Below, piece by piece: positions 8,397 to 18,281 of a stretch of 64,000 nt of DNA. The notes below the pieces were generated by a model, which was not told the origin of the DNA, did not search any database, and worked only from the letters and a program-made list of their open reading frames with translations. How positions within the stretch are numbered: position 1 is the first letter of the stretch; each line of letters begins with the position of its first letter. Position numbers and translations under genes: made by a program. The stretch comes from a virus: IMG/VR virus record IMGVR_UViG_3300031251_000004, positions 1 to 64,000 of that record; one strand, given 5' to 3'.

Positions 8397-8672
8397 CATT
8401 CTATATTTATCTGCTTCCTCTTCGGTTATAGATTGGAAAATAATTCCGCCAATGGAAAAGAACGGCATATCGTTTTCAGACCTTCCGGACATAATGACAG
8501 AGCCGGTTGCAGAAGTTAACGGTCTAAGCATATCTACATAATCTTTCAATGGTATAATAAAATTAGTTTTTTGTGAATATTGAATATATTCAAGAATATC
8601 TCGCATTAAAATTCCAGCATTACTAACATCAACTGCTTTTTTTATTACATCTAAATCAACATATGTTTTCAT
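8388..8672 (-). CDS. Hypothetical protein, tandem paralog of 8669..8965
   Basis: Shared DMP(F/Y)FSI(G/A)GI and ITEEEADKYR. Confidence 0.75.
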   Translation of the reverse strand: MKTYVDLDVIKKAVDVSNAGILMRDILEYIQYSQKTNFIIPLKDYVDMLRPLTSATGSVIMSGRSENDMPFFSIGGIIFQSITEEEADKYRMLK

Positions 8673-8965
8673 TTTAATATCCTGTACTTATCCGCTTCCT
8701 CTTCCGTAATCATTGTGAATGTTATTCCTGCGATAGAAAAATATGGCATATCATCTTTTGTTCTACCAAACGTAGCAGATCTAATGATATGATTAAGACT
8801 ACTACCACGATAACTATCATTGACTATTTTGATATAATCTTTAGCTGATAAAAGAAAATCATAGTCTCCAGTAATTTCAGCATAGCTAAATATAGCATAT
8901 ATTGAATATGTTTCATTTGTTTGAATTATTTTATCAATAATATCTTCATCTATATATTTTTTCAT
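8669..8965 (-). CDS. Hypothetical protein, tandem paralog of 8388..8672
   Basis: Same shared motifs; ATGA coupling. Confidence 0.75.
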   Translation of the reverse strand: MKKYIDEDIIDKIIQTNETYSIYAIFSYAEITGDYDFLLSAKDYIKIVNDSYRGSSLNHIIRSATFGRTKDDMPYFSIAGITFTMITEEEADKYRILK

Positions 8966-9198
8966 ATTAGCAGCAATAATTTATCTAAATCTTCTTTTAG
9001 ATGTGGAAAATCTGTATTGATTACTTCGATTGCATATTCTACCATTGGAATTCCGCTATCATTTCCAATCATATGGAAAGATGAGATCATTGCGCGCATT
9101 GTGATTTTTTGCTGTTCAATATCTTTTGCGTCGTACATAGTTTTGCATATTGATTTTTTGAAGTTTTTGATTAGTGTTTGGATTTTTGTGTTAGCCAT
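8962..9198 (-). CDS. Small hypothetical protein
   Basis: C-terminus DLDKLLLLI. Confidence 0.65.
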   Translation of the reverse strand: MANTKIQTLIKNFKKSICKTMYDAKDIEQQKITMRAMISSFHMIGNDSGIPMVEYAIEVINTDFPHLKEDLDKLLLLI

Positions 9199-9243
9199 GA
9201 TTATAATGTATATTCTGTTGGTGTTATTGTAAGTGGCGGAAAA

Positions 9244-9468
9244 TTAAATTAATATAAGAAGCTTTCTAAAAGATTCCTCTAAATGTTTATAATAGTAGGT
9301 TGCAACGTCAAGTAGATCAGATGCAGATTCGCTGTATTGTTTTATATAAACAATGAATACTTTAATTCTATCTGAATCCTCAGTACAATCAATAAGATCT
9401 GCTGCAAGTTTGTATAAAATAACATCATCCCATATACCTATTATTTGATTCATTATATATTTTTTCAT
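9244..9468 (-). CDS. Small hypothetical protein
   Basis: C-terminus FRKLLILI; ATGA-coupled. Confidence 0.6.
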   Translation of the reverse strand: MKKYIMNQIIGIWDDVILYKLAADLIDCTEDSDRIKVFIVYIKQYSESASDLLDVATYYYKHLEESFRKLLILI

Positions 9469-10043
9469 GCCAGAAGTAGAATAGAATTGATTTTGGAAAA
9501 TATTTTTTCTTTATTGGAAAAATCAAACTTTTCAAAAGGTATATATGGTATTTTTACGGATCTAAATGTTGCTTTCTTTAGTGTGTTTCCGTTGCTTGTA
9601 AGTAAGCTAGACGCTCTAGTATTGTAGTTATTTATAATAATGTATTGAATATCGTCATATGTAAAGCCAAAATGTTCCATATATGGTTCAGATGAAAAAG
9701 AGCTTTTCGTTCTATCATAAAAAATATTAATAGATCTACTGAACGAATTTGGATATACCGCGCACCATGTGCAATCTTTTTGTAAAAAGATATTGAGATC
9801 GTATAGAGAGACAAACTGATTTGCGGAGTTTGTATATAATATATTACCATTTATAATAGAAAGAGAGAACTCAAACACATCTAGATTTGGTTCTACAAAA
9901 TAATCGCTTTTCATAGATATTGTTATTTTATTTTTTGCTACTAGTATTTTATGTGCTTGATTGGAGGAGACATCCAGGCTGTGATGGCAGAATGGACAAT
10001 TTTTATATTCATCTATGAATTGTTTTAGATTCATGTTATTCAT
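9465..10043 (-). CDS. CPxC Zn-binding hypothetical protein (paralog trio)
   Basis: NCPFC; C-terminus FDFSNKEKIFSKINSILLLA. Confidence 0.7.
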   Translation of the reverse strand: MNNMNLKQFIDEYKNCPFCHHSLDVSSNQAHKILVAKNKITISMKSDYFVEPNLDVFEFSLSIINGNILYTNSANQFVSLYDLNIFLQKDCTWCAVYPNSFSRSINIFYDRTKSSFSSEPYMEHFGFTYDDIQYIIINNYNTRASSLLTSNGNTLKKATFRSVKIPYIPFEKFDFSNKEKIFSKINSILLLA

Positions 10044-10731
10044 CTGCGAGAAGGAAAATTGAATTTATTCTGGAGGATACTTTTTTGGGATTATCAAAAC
10101 TGAAGTAATCATCATTGACTAAATTAATTCTTTTTTCTTTATAGGATTTGTTTGATCCATCAATATTAGCTTCTGCAACGGAGAAAGAGGTTTTAGATAT
10201 GTTGTAATCATTTATAATATTTATAACATTCCCTTCTTTATTTTCGAAAATATTATATAATTTATAAATCTCATGATATATATCAATATATTTGATATTG
10301 AAACTAAACTGTTCATCTTTTTCGTCTTTTGGACAATAATCATCATCGGCTGAAAAATCTCCAACTGCGAGATATTTATGTGGGAAAGTAGTATTATCAC
10401 AATAAATTTGTAAATCGAAGATGCACGAGCTATTTGTATAGTGCCCGAATATTGTATTGTTTGGTATATCTATTGTTGTGAATAGCTTTTTAATTGGAAC
10501 TAGTTTGGTAGTTGTAGGTTTAAATTCTTCTACAATGGTTTCTTGTTTAACATTTTCTAATGTAATATCAAAAGATATTTGCAATGAACCAGTTAACCCT
10601 ACATTACTAAAATCATTATTATTACCAAATATTGTATTTGATATTTTATAAGTTAATTCATTTGAGCATATTGGGCAATTGGTTCGATACTCTATTAGTT
10701 TAGAAAATGTTTCAAATTCTCGTGATGGCAT
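10036..10731 (-). CDS. CPxC Zn-binding hypothetical protein (paralog trio)
   Basis: NCPIC; C-terminus FSFDNPKKVSSRINSIFLLADE. Confidence 0.7.
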   Translation of the reverse strand: MPSREFETFSKLIEYRTNCPICSNELTYKISNTIFGNNNDFSNVGLTGSLQISFDITLENVKQETIVEEFKPTTTKLVPIKKLFTTIDIPNNTIFGHYTNSSCIFDLQIYCDNTTFPHKYLAVGDFSADDDYCPKDEKDEQFSFNIKYIDIYHEIYKLYNIFENKEGNVINIINDYNISKTSFSVAEANIDGSNKSYKEKRINLVNDDYFSFDNPKKVSSRINSIFLLADE

Positions 10732-10732
10732 T

Positions 10733-11263
10733 TTATCCTAAAAGCTGTATAATTTTTAATTTTTTATCTATTGCTTTTTTTGAAGAAAAATCAAAATCAA
10801 TTACTGGTAATGTTATTAATTTAGTAAAATAGTTTACTGTTATGTGTATGGTTGACAGCGAGTTTGTAAAATCGTTATTTACTGCCATATGTACCGAATC
10901 TGGCATCATTCTGATGAAGTGGATTTTCTCAAGCATTATACTATCTATATATAGAAGATTTTTTAATAAATTACAAGTGCCGGAATAAAAAAAATGATAT
11001 TTGCGACATTGGCGACCAATAATTAATTTAGATGAGTTTTTGCAATTATTATAATTATAATTTTCCGTGATTTTATTGTTGAATAAATTTATTGAAAACT
11101 CATTAAACAATGATGCCGGTAAAAGATTTAGGTTGTTATTATCTAAGCTACCTGACAGGAACCCGGCAAATGTAATTGTTGGCTCAGTGCGTTTTTTGCA
11201 CAAGGGGCAAAATTCTATATAATTAAAAAAATCGAATAAGTTATTAAATTGTTGAACTACCAC
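10733..11263 (-). CDS. CPxC Zn-binding hypothetical protein (paralog trio)
   Basis: FCPLC; C-terminus FDFSSKKAIDKKLKIIQLLG. Confidence 0.7.
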   Translation of the reverse strand: MVVQQFNNLFDFFNYIEFCPLCKKRTEPTITFAGFLSGSLDNNNLNLLPASLFNEFSINLFNNKITENYNYNNCKNSSKLIIGRQCRKYHFFYSGTCNLLKNLLYIDSIMLEKIHFIRMMPDSVHMAVNNDFTNSLSTIHITVNYFTKLITLPVIDFDFSSKKAIDKKLKIIQLLG

Positions 11264-11284
11264 TTAAAAGTATATATCAATAAA

Positions 11285-11968
11285 TTATACTGTTGGTACT
11301 TCGTGTTCTCTTATTCTTTCAATAAGTTTTGGTAATGGTAGGTTTTCGAAATTATATTTTGTTTTGAATGCGTCTAATGCTTTTTGTGTTTCCGGTCCTA
11401 AGATACCATCTGGTGGTTCTTTTAGTGGAAAGATATCACCAGTTGGAACTAAAATTTTATTTAGTTTAGTTTGAACGTCTTTTGGAATTGATGGATATTT
11501 TGATTTTGATGGAGTAATTTTAAGTTCTGGGACTTGAACTGTTGACTCTTGTTGTGGCGCTGGAACTGATGGTTGTTTAGCCGATTGAGCTTTTAATGAA
11601 TCTATGAATGGCATCAAATTTTTTGTGGCAAAATTTATTGTATTTTGGTTTTTTGATTTTGTTAAAACTTGATATATTTTTGTTGCCGTATCTGCTAGGT
11701 TTTGGAATGATAGTTCACCTTGAGGATATCTTAGGGAACTATATAGATTACGTGCTTCGGCAGGGAAATTGGCTTGGTCGGCAGTCCACTGATTAGTTAA
11801 CAATTTTACAAGTGCTTTTCTGGCAGGTTCTGTTGAACTTGCTGTTTGAGATGTTTTGTTGAATTTTTTATCAAATTTATTAGCTAATGTGATCGATTTA
11901 GAAAAATCGTATTCTTTATTAGCAGTAGCTAGTTTTTCAAATTTTTTAGCTTTATCAAATAAATCCAT
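11285..11968 (-). CDS. Protein with C-terminal peptidoglycan-binding domain (PG_binding_1-like)
   Basis: PDGILGPETQKALDAFK; AGGAG RBS before ATG at 11968. Confidence 0.7.
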   Translation of the reverse strand: MDLFDKAKKFEKLATANKEYDFSKSITLANKFDKKFNKTSQTASSTEPARKALVKLLTNQWTADQANFPAEARNLYSSLRYPQGELSFQNLADTATKIYQVLTKSKNQNTINFATKNLMPFIDSLKAQSAKQPSVPAPQQESTVQVPELKITPSKSKYPSIPKDVQTKLNKILVPTGDIFPLKEPPDGILGPETQKALDAFKTKYNFENLPLPKLIERIREHEVPTV

Positions 11969-12073
11969 AACAAAATCTCCTATTGACTCGATATGAGTCT
12001 GCAATTATAATACAGTATTATTCCCAAAGAATATTATATCAGATCTAGTGAAAATTATTTATATTTTATTATG

Positions 12074-12101
12074 TTGACAGCTTTTAGCTAAGACTTAAAT
12101 T
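12074..12101 (+). promoter_or_regulatory. sigma70-type promoter
   Basis: TTGACA-N16-TAAATT upstream of 12119. Confidence 0.45.
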
Positions 12102-12118
12102 GTATGAGAGGCAAATAA

Positions 12119-13087
12119 ATGAACAACTACTCGTTTGAAAATTATATAATGCAATGTTGCAAATCTCGTGAATGGAATTTACGGAAGTTTCTAAAAAAGA
12201 AATTAATTGATGCTGGATTCAGAATTATAGAAGATGACTACTCATCTTATAGAAAGGGCAAGTATCAGCAAGTACATAACCTCTTAGCTATAAGAGGAGA
12301 GCCAAGGATATGCTTGGTAGCACACACTGATGTTTGTAGAGATCATGGTAATGATATACCAGATGTTAATCCAGTAATAAAAACAATGGAAATTGATGAT
12401 GAGCTGAAACAAATAATTCAAGATAAAGATTGTGATGTTCAAGTTGGCGGTGATGATAGGCTTGGTGTTGCAATAAACAGTTGGATAGCATTAAATACAG
12501 GATATGATTTAGGGTTGTTATTTACGACAGATGAAGAGGTAGGTGTTGTCAGCGCTGAATATGTTCATTTTCCAGAACTATTGGATTTTGATCTTTTATT
12601 ACAAGTTGATCGTGGTAATAGATCTCATCAATTAGTAAATAGTATTGGCGGAGAACAATTGTGTTCATATGTTACAGCTAATAGATTGATACAAATATCA
12701 AAAAATATAAATCATCCTCGTTATATTGTTGATGGTATGTTGACAGATGTTTTAGCACTGAAAATGAATCATATGTGTAAGGACGCTGTAAATATGACTT
12801 GTGGATACCATAATTCAATTGGTGCTCAGAGAAATGAATATATTGATATACAGGAAGCAAAAGATACAATGCAGTATGTTTCAAGTATAATTCAATACTA
12901 TGATCTGAGAGAAGATGAAAATGAATCTAATGGTATAATTGAAAAAGATGTGTGGGAAGAATCATCATACACTCGTACAGAGACTATATATTCCAATGAA
13001 TTAAGGGGACGTGCTAAGAGCATAGGATATACAGATGATGATTTATTTAGTGAGGATAGGTATAATGATGACAGAGGGTATAGGTAG
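12119..13087 (+). CDS. M20/M28/M42-family zinc peptidase-like protein
   Basis: LVAHTDV, GGDDRLG, DEEVG, QVDR motifs. Confidence 0.75.
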   Translation: MNNYSFENYIMQCCKSREWNLRKFLKKKLIDAGFRIIEDDYSSYRKGKYQQVHNLLAIRGEPRICLVAHTDVCRDHGNDIPDVNPVIKTMEIDDELKQIIQDKDCDVQVGGDDRLGVAINSWIALNTGYDLGLLFTTDEEVGVVSAEYVHFPELLDFDLLLQVDRGNRSHQLVNSIGGEQLCSYVTANRLIQISKNINHPRYIVDGMLTDVLALKMNHMCKDAVNMTCGYHNSIGAQRNEYIDIQEAKDTMQYVSSIIQYYDLREDENESNGIIEKDVWEESSYTRTETIYSNELRGRAKSIGYTDDDLFSEDRYNDDRGYR

Positions 13088-13089
13088 GA

Positions 13090-13578
13090 TCACTGGTTTG
13101 GCTCTACATCTCTAATACATGGTGGGTCGAGGTGCCAAGGATTGTAATCTCTTGTTCGTTTTTCACCAACGAATAAATCATAATAATTACAGCGATAACA
13201 ACAATGACAAAAACAGCAACGAGTAAAACATTTTTTAAGTTCTATCAATGCTGTAAGATAAACTTGATTTATTGGAAGGGTTATATCAGGAGGACCAATT
13301 TTATTACAAAGCACGGAAACTAAGCCAGATTTTGCAAAGAGTACCATATCAGCATTATTTCGATTTGTTTGATCCCAAAGATCTCGTAAGACTAAAACAC
13401 GATAACCCTTGGCAATTTGTTCAGCTGGCCAATAACCATCTGATGCCACATATCCGTCAAATTGTGCTGCAGTTAAAACTTCCGTAATAAACAATTGACG
13501 AACAAAAGTTTTTAATACCTCACTTGACAAATCATTATTGATGAATATAATAGCTGGTGGAGAAGTGATAATAGCCAT
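13090..13578 (-). CDS. Hypothetical protein with Cys-rich C-terminus and two DGY motifs
   Basis: Start MAIITS at 13578 avoids overlap with dUTPase; CFTRCCFCHCCYRC. Confidence 0.6.
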   Translation of the reverse strand: MAIITSPPAIIFINNDLSSEVLKTFVRQLFITEVLTAAQFDGYVASDGYWPAEQIAKGYRVLVLRDLWDQTNRNNADMVLFAKSGLVSVLCNKIGPPDITLPINQVYLTALIELKKCFTRCCFCHCCYRCNYYDLFVGEKRTRDYNPWHLDPPCIRDVEPNQ

Positions 13579-13625
13579 ATAAATATAACATATAATGCCG
13601 AATAAAATTAGAAAGGAACTAATAA

Positions 13626-14141
13626 ATGAATGATACCATAATCCCATACAAAGAATCCGTTCCAACATTTAAGTTTGCTCTACGAGAAGATTTAAAAAAC
13701 GATAAAAGGTTTCTGCCAACACGAGCAGAACCGTTTGCATTAGGATACGATGTTAGAGCAGCAACAAAAGATAAAAAAGATATTATTTTACGTGCTGGTC
13801 AATATTTTAAAATTCCACTTGGATTTAGATCTTTTTGCCCATCGGGTTGGGGCTATGAATTACATCCTAGAAGTAGTTCATTCGCTAAAAAATCAATGCA
13901 CAACTTGATTGGAATAATTGATGAAACATTTCCCCTGGAATGCCAGATTGTTGGTCAATATATTCCTGATTTAGGATCGTTAGGAAAAGATCTAACTATA
14001 AAATTTGGCGATGCTATTGGTCAAATTATTCCAGTGCGACGACAAGATGCAATAATTGAAGATATTTCAAATGAAGAGATGGATAAAATGTTTAAAGAAA
14101 GAAATGCACCGCGAACCGGTGGTATAGGAAGTACAGGATAA
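13626..14141 (+). CDS. dut: Trimeric dUTPase
   Basis: GYDV, PRSS, GIID, GQII and RTGGIGSTG motifs. Confidence 0.9.
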   Translation: MNDTIIPYKESVPTFKFALREDLKNDKRFLPTRAEPFALGYDVRAATKDKKDIILRAGQYFKIPLGFRSFCPSGWGYELHPRSSSFAKKSMHNLIGIIDETFPLECQIVGQYIPDLGSLGKDLTIKFGDAIGQIIPVRRQDAIIEDISNEEMDKMFKERNAPRTGGIGSTG

Positions 14142-14687
14142 ATGTCATATATAGAACCAACAGGATGGATTCAAACATATACTGGAAAACAATTCTTTCC
14201 ATTGAATCCACAATTAGAAGATATATGTATAGAAGATATTGCACATAGTCTTTCTATGCTATGTAGATTTACCGGTCATTCACAGGAATTTTATTCCGTT
14301 GGTCAACATTCAATCTATGTTAGTAAGATGTGTAGTAAAGAAAACGAGTTAGCCGGGCTCTTACATGATGCAGAAGAAGCATATACTAATGATCTTGCCC
14401 GACCAATAAAACGATTGAAAGAGTTTGGGTTTTTCAGAAACGCTGGAGAAAATATTCAATCAGTAATACGATATAAATTTTCATTACCTAAAGAAGAGCC
14501 AGAAGAAATTAAATTTGTGGATCTAAAAATGCTTGCCACAGAAGCAAGAGATTTAATGTCTCCTCTACACGCAGATTGGAAACAACCAATAGAGCCATAT
14601 AATTTTCGTATAGAACCGGTACAGCCAAAAGAAGCAGAAAAAATGTTTTTAGAAAGATTTTATGAACTATACAAGAAAACAAAATAA
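14142..14687 (+). CDS. HD-domain phosphohydrolase (YfbR/5'-deoxynucleotidase-like)
   Basis: EDIAHSLS..CRF.GH..YSVGQHS..LLHDAEEAY..DL. Confidence 0.85.
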   Translation: MSYIEPTGWIQTYTGKQFFPLNPQLEDICIEDIAHSLSMLCRFTGHSQEFYSVGQHSIYVSKMCSKENELAGLLHDAEEAYTNDLARPIKRLKEFGFFRNAGENIQSVIRYKFSLPKEEPEEIKFVDLKMLATEARDLMSPLHADWKQPIEPYNFRIEPVQPKEAEKMFLERFYELYKKTK

Positions 14688-15010
14688 TGTCTAAAATAGT
14701 AGTTCAAGGGCGCGAACCACATGAAATAAAAGCTATGGAAGAAAAACGCAAAAAAGAAGCTGAGACGAAAAAGAAAGTTGTTGCACCAAAAGTAAAATCA
14801 TATTATGATGTTAAAGTAGAATGTATGGTTCCAATTACATTAATATATAAGGTGTTAGCTGATGATGAACAAGAAGCGTTAGAGTTATTTTCTAAAAAAA
14901 CACCAACACAAATGAAGCCAAATCTTTTATTAAAGAAAATAATAAAAGCTACGGTATATACATCAGGCAGCAGTATGATAAAATTTGTAAAAAACTATAT
15001 GGTGCGATAA
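14687..15010 (+). CDS. Hypothetical protein
   Basis: Translationally coupled ORF in the operon. Confidence 0.65.
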   Translation: MSKIVVQGREPHEIKAMEEKRKKEAETKKKVVAPKVKSYYDVKVECMVPITLIYKVLADDEQEALELFSKKTPTQMKPNLLLKKIIKATVYTSGSSMIKFVKNYMVR

Positions 15011-15609
15011 TGCCTGGTATTGTATATTATTGTCTTGACATAGAAACAAATGGACTTATGTTTAAAAATAATTTCCATGAAATTACAGAGCTATCTATTC
15101 TTAGAACTGAAGATAGAATGCAACTATCTAGACAGGTGAGAGTTAATTTCCCTGAACATTCAAGTTTTGATGCACTAAAAATCACAGGTAAAACTATTGA
15201 TGATTTGAAAAAAGGTATATCAAAACAACAACTAATAAATGATGTTGAAGAGTTTTTGTCAGAAGATAATACAACACCAGAGCATAGATGTTTAGTTGGG
15301 CACAACGTAGTTAATTTTGATAGAAAATTTCTCTGGCAGCAGTGGGAAATGTTCAATAAACAATTTCCGCTATCATTGTATTTAGATACGTTAAATATGT
15401 CAAAAGATCATGCAAAGAAAATTGGCTTAGTGAAGCCATCATTAAAACTAGAAGCAGCATGTGATCTTCTTGGAGTAAAAAAACAAGACGGTAAACATAA
15501 CGCTAAATCAGATACAAGAAATGCTTATTTGCTATGGTTAAAATTAATGGAAAAAGTAGATCATTTAGAACATATAAAACGAATACCTCATATAGAAAAC
15601 AATGATTAA
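15010..15609 (+). CDS. DEDDh 3'-5' exonuclease (DnaQ-like)
   Basis: LDIETNG, GHNVVNFD, LDTL, HNAKSD. Confidence 0.9.
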   Translation: MPGIVYYCLDIETNGLMFKNNFHEITELSILRTEDRMQLSRQVRVNFPEHSSFDALKITGKTIDDLKKGISKQQLINDVEEFLSEDNTTPEHRCLVGHNVVNFDRKFLWQQWEMFNKQFPLSLYLDTLNMSKDHAKKIGLVKPSLKLEAACDLLGVKKQDGKHNAKSDTRNAYLLWLKLMEKVDHLEHIKRIPHIENND

Positions 15610-16216
15610 AAATACAGATTTAGAAACACTATATAATAAAATTTCTGGTAGAATAGATCTTGTTGGAACTATGTTAGGTGATGTAGACCTATTACCAAAA
15701 ATTATAAAAAGCTGTAGACTTAAACCTTATTCAATATTTTCTGGCGACTATCAATCTAAATTAGTATTTGAAGAATATTGGGTTGATGAGTTTGGGAATT
15801 CATTAAAAATTAAAAATAAAATACCAAGAATCATAATGAATGATACTCAGATAAGTAAAAATACTAAAATTAGTACTGATTTATTTTTCGGAAACTCTAC
15901 AGATGCTATTGCGAAAAACAGTAAATGTGTTTTCATAATAAACGGAAAGTTTGATAAAAGTTGTTATTTTGTTTCTTTTTATGGTAAGGACGAATATATT
16001 AGATCGTTTTTTTTCTATGAAAAATTAGCAAGGGTGTCGCCAATTTTATTAGGATTAAATACCTTACGTGAGCTATTTAGAAATATAAATAGTGTGTTGC
16101 GTAGAGATATTGATAAAAATAAAATGGATTTGCTCATAAAATTTGACGTCTTAGATTATACTGTATGCTGGGAGCCAGCCGGATGGAAAGAACATATAAA
16201 AGGAGATTGCAGATAA
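15602..16216 (+). CDS. Hypothetical protein
   Basis: Coupled ORF, 204 aa. Confidence 0.65.
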   Translation: MIKNTDLETLYNKISGRIDLVGTMLGDVDLLPKIIKSCRLKPYSIFSGDYQSKLVFEEYWVDEFGNSLKIKNKIPRIIMNDTQISKNTKISTDLFFGNSTDAIAKNSKCVFIINGKFDKSCYFVSFYGKDEYIRSFFFYEKLARVSPILLGLNTLRELFRNINSVLRRDIDKNKMDLLIKFDVLDYTVCWEPAGWKEHIKGDCR

Positions 16217-16435
16217 ATGGCAGATAAAGATGGTGTATTAGAGTTTGAAGGTAGTGTTATAAATTTAGTTAGAGATAAAGTATTCGTTCAAATAAATGAT
16301 AATTATACAGTCATATGTACGGTTAGCGGGAAGATACGACAAAGCGGAATAAAACTTATTCCTGGGGATAAAGTACGTGTTGAGGTGAGCGTATATGATA
16401 CAAGTAAGGGTCGTGTTGTTTATAGGATGAAATGA
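16217..16435 (+). CDS. infA: Translation initiation factor IF-1
   Basis: 72 aa; SGKIR..IKLIPGDKVRVEVS.YD.SKGRVVYR. Confidence 0.92.
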   Translation: MADKDGVLEFEGSVINLVRDKVFVQINDNYTVICTVSGKIRQSGIKLIPGDKVRVEVSVYDTSKGRVVYRMK

Positions 16436-16442
16436 GGCACAT

Positions 16443-17462
16443 ATGAAATTTGAAGAAACATTAACATTCAATGATGTTCTTATTAAACCATCATACAGTG
16501 AGATACGAAGTCGTTCAGAAATAGATCTATCTGTCAACCTATCTAAGGGACTTAATTTTTCTATCCCAGTGTTTCCTGCAAATATGAAAACTATTGTAAA
16601 TTTACAAGTTGCAGAAGAATTTTATAAACTTGGTGGTATGTGCTTGCTACATAGATTTTGTTCCACAGATGAACAGTTAGATATACTGAAAACACTTCAT
16701 AATAAATACAAAGACGTATTCGATTATATCGGCGTATCAGTTGGCGTTAAAGATGAAGATTATAAAAATATAAAAATATTTTATGATCTTGGAATAAGAA
16801 TTATATGCGTTGATGTGGCACATGGTGATAGCCTAAACTGTGTAAATATGACTAATTTTATTTTTAAAAATTTCCCTGATGTATTTTTAATTGCAGGAAA
16901 TGTTGCTACCGGAAGCGGTGCGTTTAGATTATGGTTAGCCGGAGCTGATGCAGTTAAAGTAGGCGTCGGTTCAGGTAGTATATGTCTGACAAGAATTACT
17001 GCTGGCGTTGGAGTTCCGCAATTATCAGCTTTAATTGATGTACATAAAACACGAACAAATAACCCACTACTAAAAGATAAATTTATAATTGCAGATGGTG
17101 GTTGTTCAAAGGTTGGAGATTTGGTAAAAAGTTTATGTTTTTCAGATATGGTAATGAGCGGTAATATGTTTGCCGGTGCATTAGAATCACCTGGAGAAGA
17201 AATTGAAATTGATGGAAATAAATATAAACAATACGACGGAAGCTCTACGCATAAATCAGACTATATCGAAGGGGTGAAAGCAATGGTTCCAGCAAAAGGA
17301 AAGATAACTAACATTGTAAAATCGATGTTGGAAGGTATATCAAGCGGATGTTCATATGTTGGCGCGCATAATCTCCATGAACTAAAAACAAACGCCGAGT
17401 TCGTAAAAATAACAAACGCTGGTATTATAGAAAGCCATGCACATGATGTGGTGATAAGATGA
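16443..17462 (+). CDS. IMP dehydrogenase/GMP reductase family protein, CBS-less
   Basis: TFNDVLI, DVAHGDS, AGNVAT, VGVGSGSICLTR, IADGG. Confidence 0.9.
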   Translation: MKFEETLTFNDVLIKPSYSEIRSRSEIDLSVNLSKGLNFSIPVFPANMKTIVNLQVAEEFYKLGGMCLLHRFCSTDEQLDILKTLHNKYKDVFDYIGVSVGVKDEDYKNIKIFYDLGIRIICVDVAHGDSLNCVNMTNFIFKNFPDVFLIAGNVATGSGAFRLWLAGADAVKVGVGSGSICLTRITAGVGVPQLSALIDVHKTRTNNPLLKDKFIIADGGCSKVGDLVKSLCFSDMVMSGNMFAGALESPGEEIEIDGNKYKQYDGSSTHKSDYIEGVKAMVPAKGKITNIVKSMLEGISSGCSYVGAHNLHELKTNAEFVKITNAGIIESHAHDVVIR

Positions 17463-17713
17463 TTGAATTTAGATTTGAAAATTATATAGTATCTTTTCCC
17501 AAAAGCACATTATACAGCACATATGATGACGATTATTGCTATGGTATAAAAATATATGATGGTAATGATGAATATGAATTGATTCACAATAGACAAGCCA
17601 ACTGGAGTAGAATATATATTATAAAAAATAATGTAATAAAGGATATTCCATTCAAAGAATCTACGATAGGTTTATTTCCGGAATATGTAAAAATGAAAGT
17701 TATAAATGAATAA
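17459..17713 (+). CDS. Hypothetical protein
   Basis: Coupled ORF. Confidence 0.55.
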   Translation: MIEFRFENYIVSFPKSTLYSTYDDDYCYGIKIYDGNDEYELIHNRQANWSRIYIIKNNVIKDIPFKESTIGLFPEYVKMKVINE

Positions 17714-18281
17714 TATTATAAATATAACAGACAAGTGGATAAAAGATGCGGGAGATTTTGCAGAGCAATCTATATCTACAAACATAGGTATGTATGCTGC
17801 ACGAAATCAACCCAATATAAAAAAAGGTATTAATGACAATAAAATTGGCAAAATAGGTGAAGAGGTAGTTTATACTTATTTGAAAACAATATTCCCAAAT
17901 ATTACAACACCTGATTACGCTATATATAAAGCACGCGGGAAATCGTGGGAAAAAGATTTACGAGATATAAAATCTGATACGAAAGTTGGAGTGAAAACTC
18001 AGACAGTTGAATCAGCAAATAAGTATGGTGAATCCTGGGTATTTCAAAATCAAGATAAAGGAATACATGGGGACGGTAAAACCGAGAATAATAATTACAT
18101 TGCATTTACGTTGATCGATTTAGATAAAAAAATTGGAATTATAAGAGCTATAGTAAAAGTGTCATGGCTGCATGAGAATAAATTATTTATGCCAATGAAG
18201 CTAGCATATTTACAAAATAACAAGCAAGCAGTTTATTATAATGAATTATTGAAGTATGAGAATGATTTATGGCAACTCTAA
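17706..18281 (+). CDS. Putative PD-(D/E)XK nuclease-like protein
   Basis: GKIGEE...PD...KDL...VGVKTQ pattern; overlaps the MTase start. Confidence 0.5.
   Translation: MNNIINITDKWIKDAGDFAEQSISTNIGMYAARNQPNIKKGINDNKIGKIGEEVVYTYLKTIFPNITTPDYAIYKARGKSWEKDLRDIKSDTKVGVKTQTVESANKYGESWVFQNQDKGIHGDGKTENNNYIAFTLIDLDKKIGIIRAIVKVSWLHENKLFMPMKLAYLQNNKQAVYYNELLKYENDLWQL

Noticed and set aside
14142-14687. DatZ-type dATPase implying a Z-base genome
   Set aside because: No purZ or mazZ in the window; generic HD nucleotidases are common in phages.
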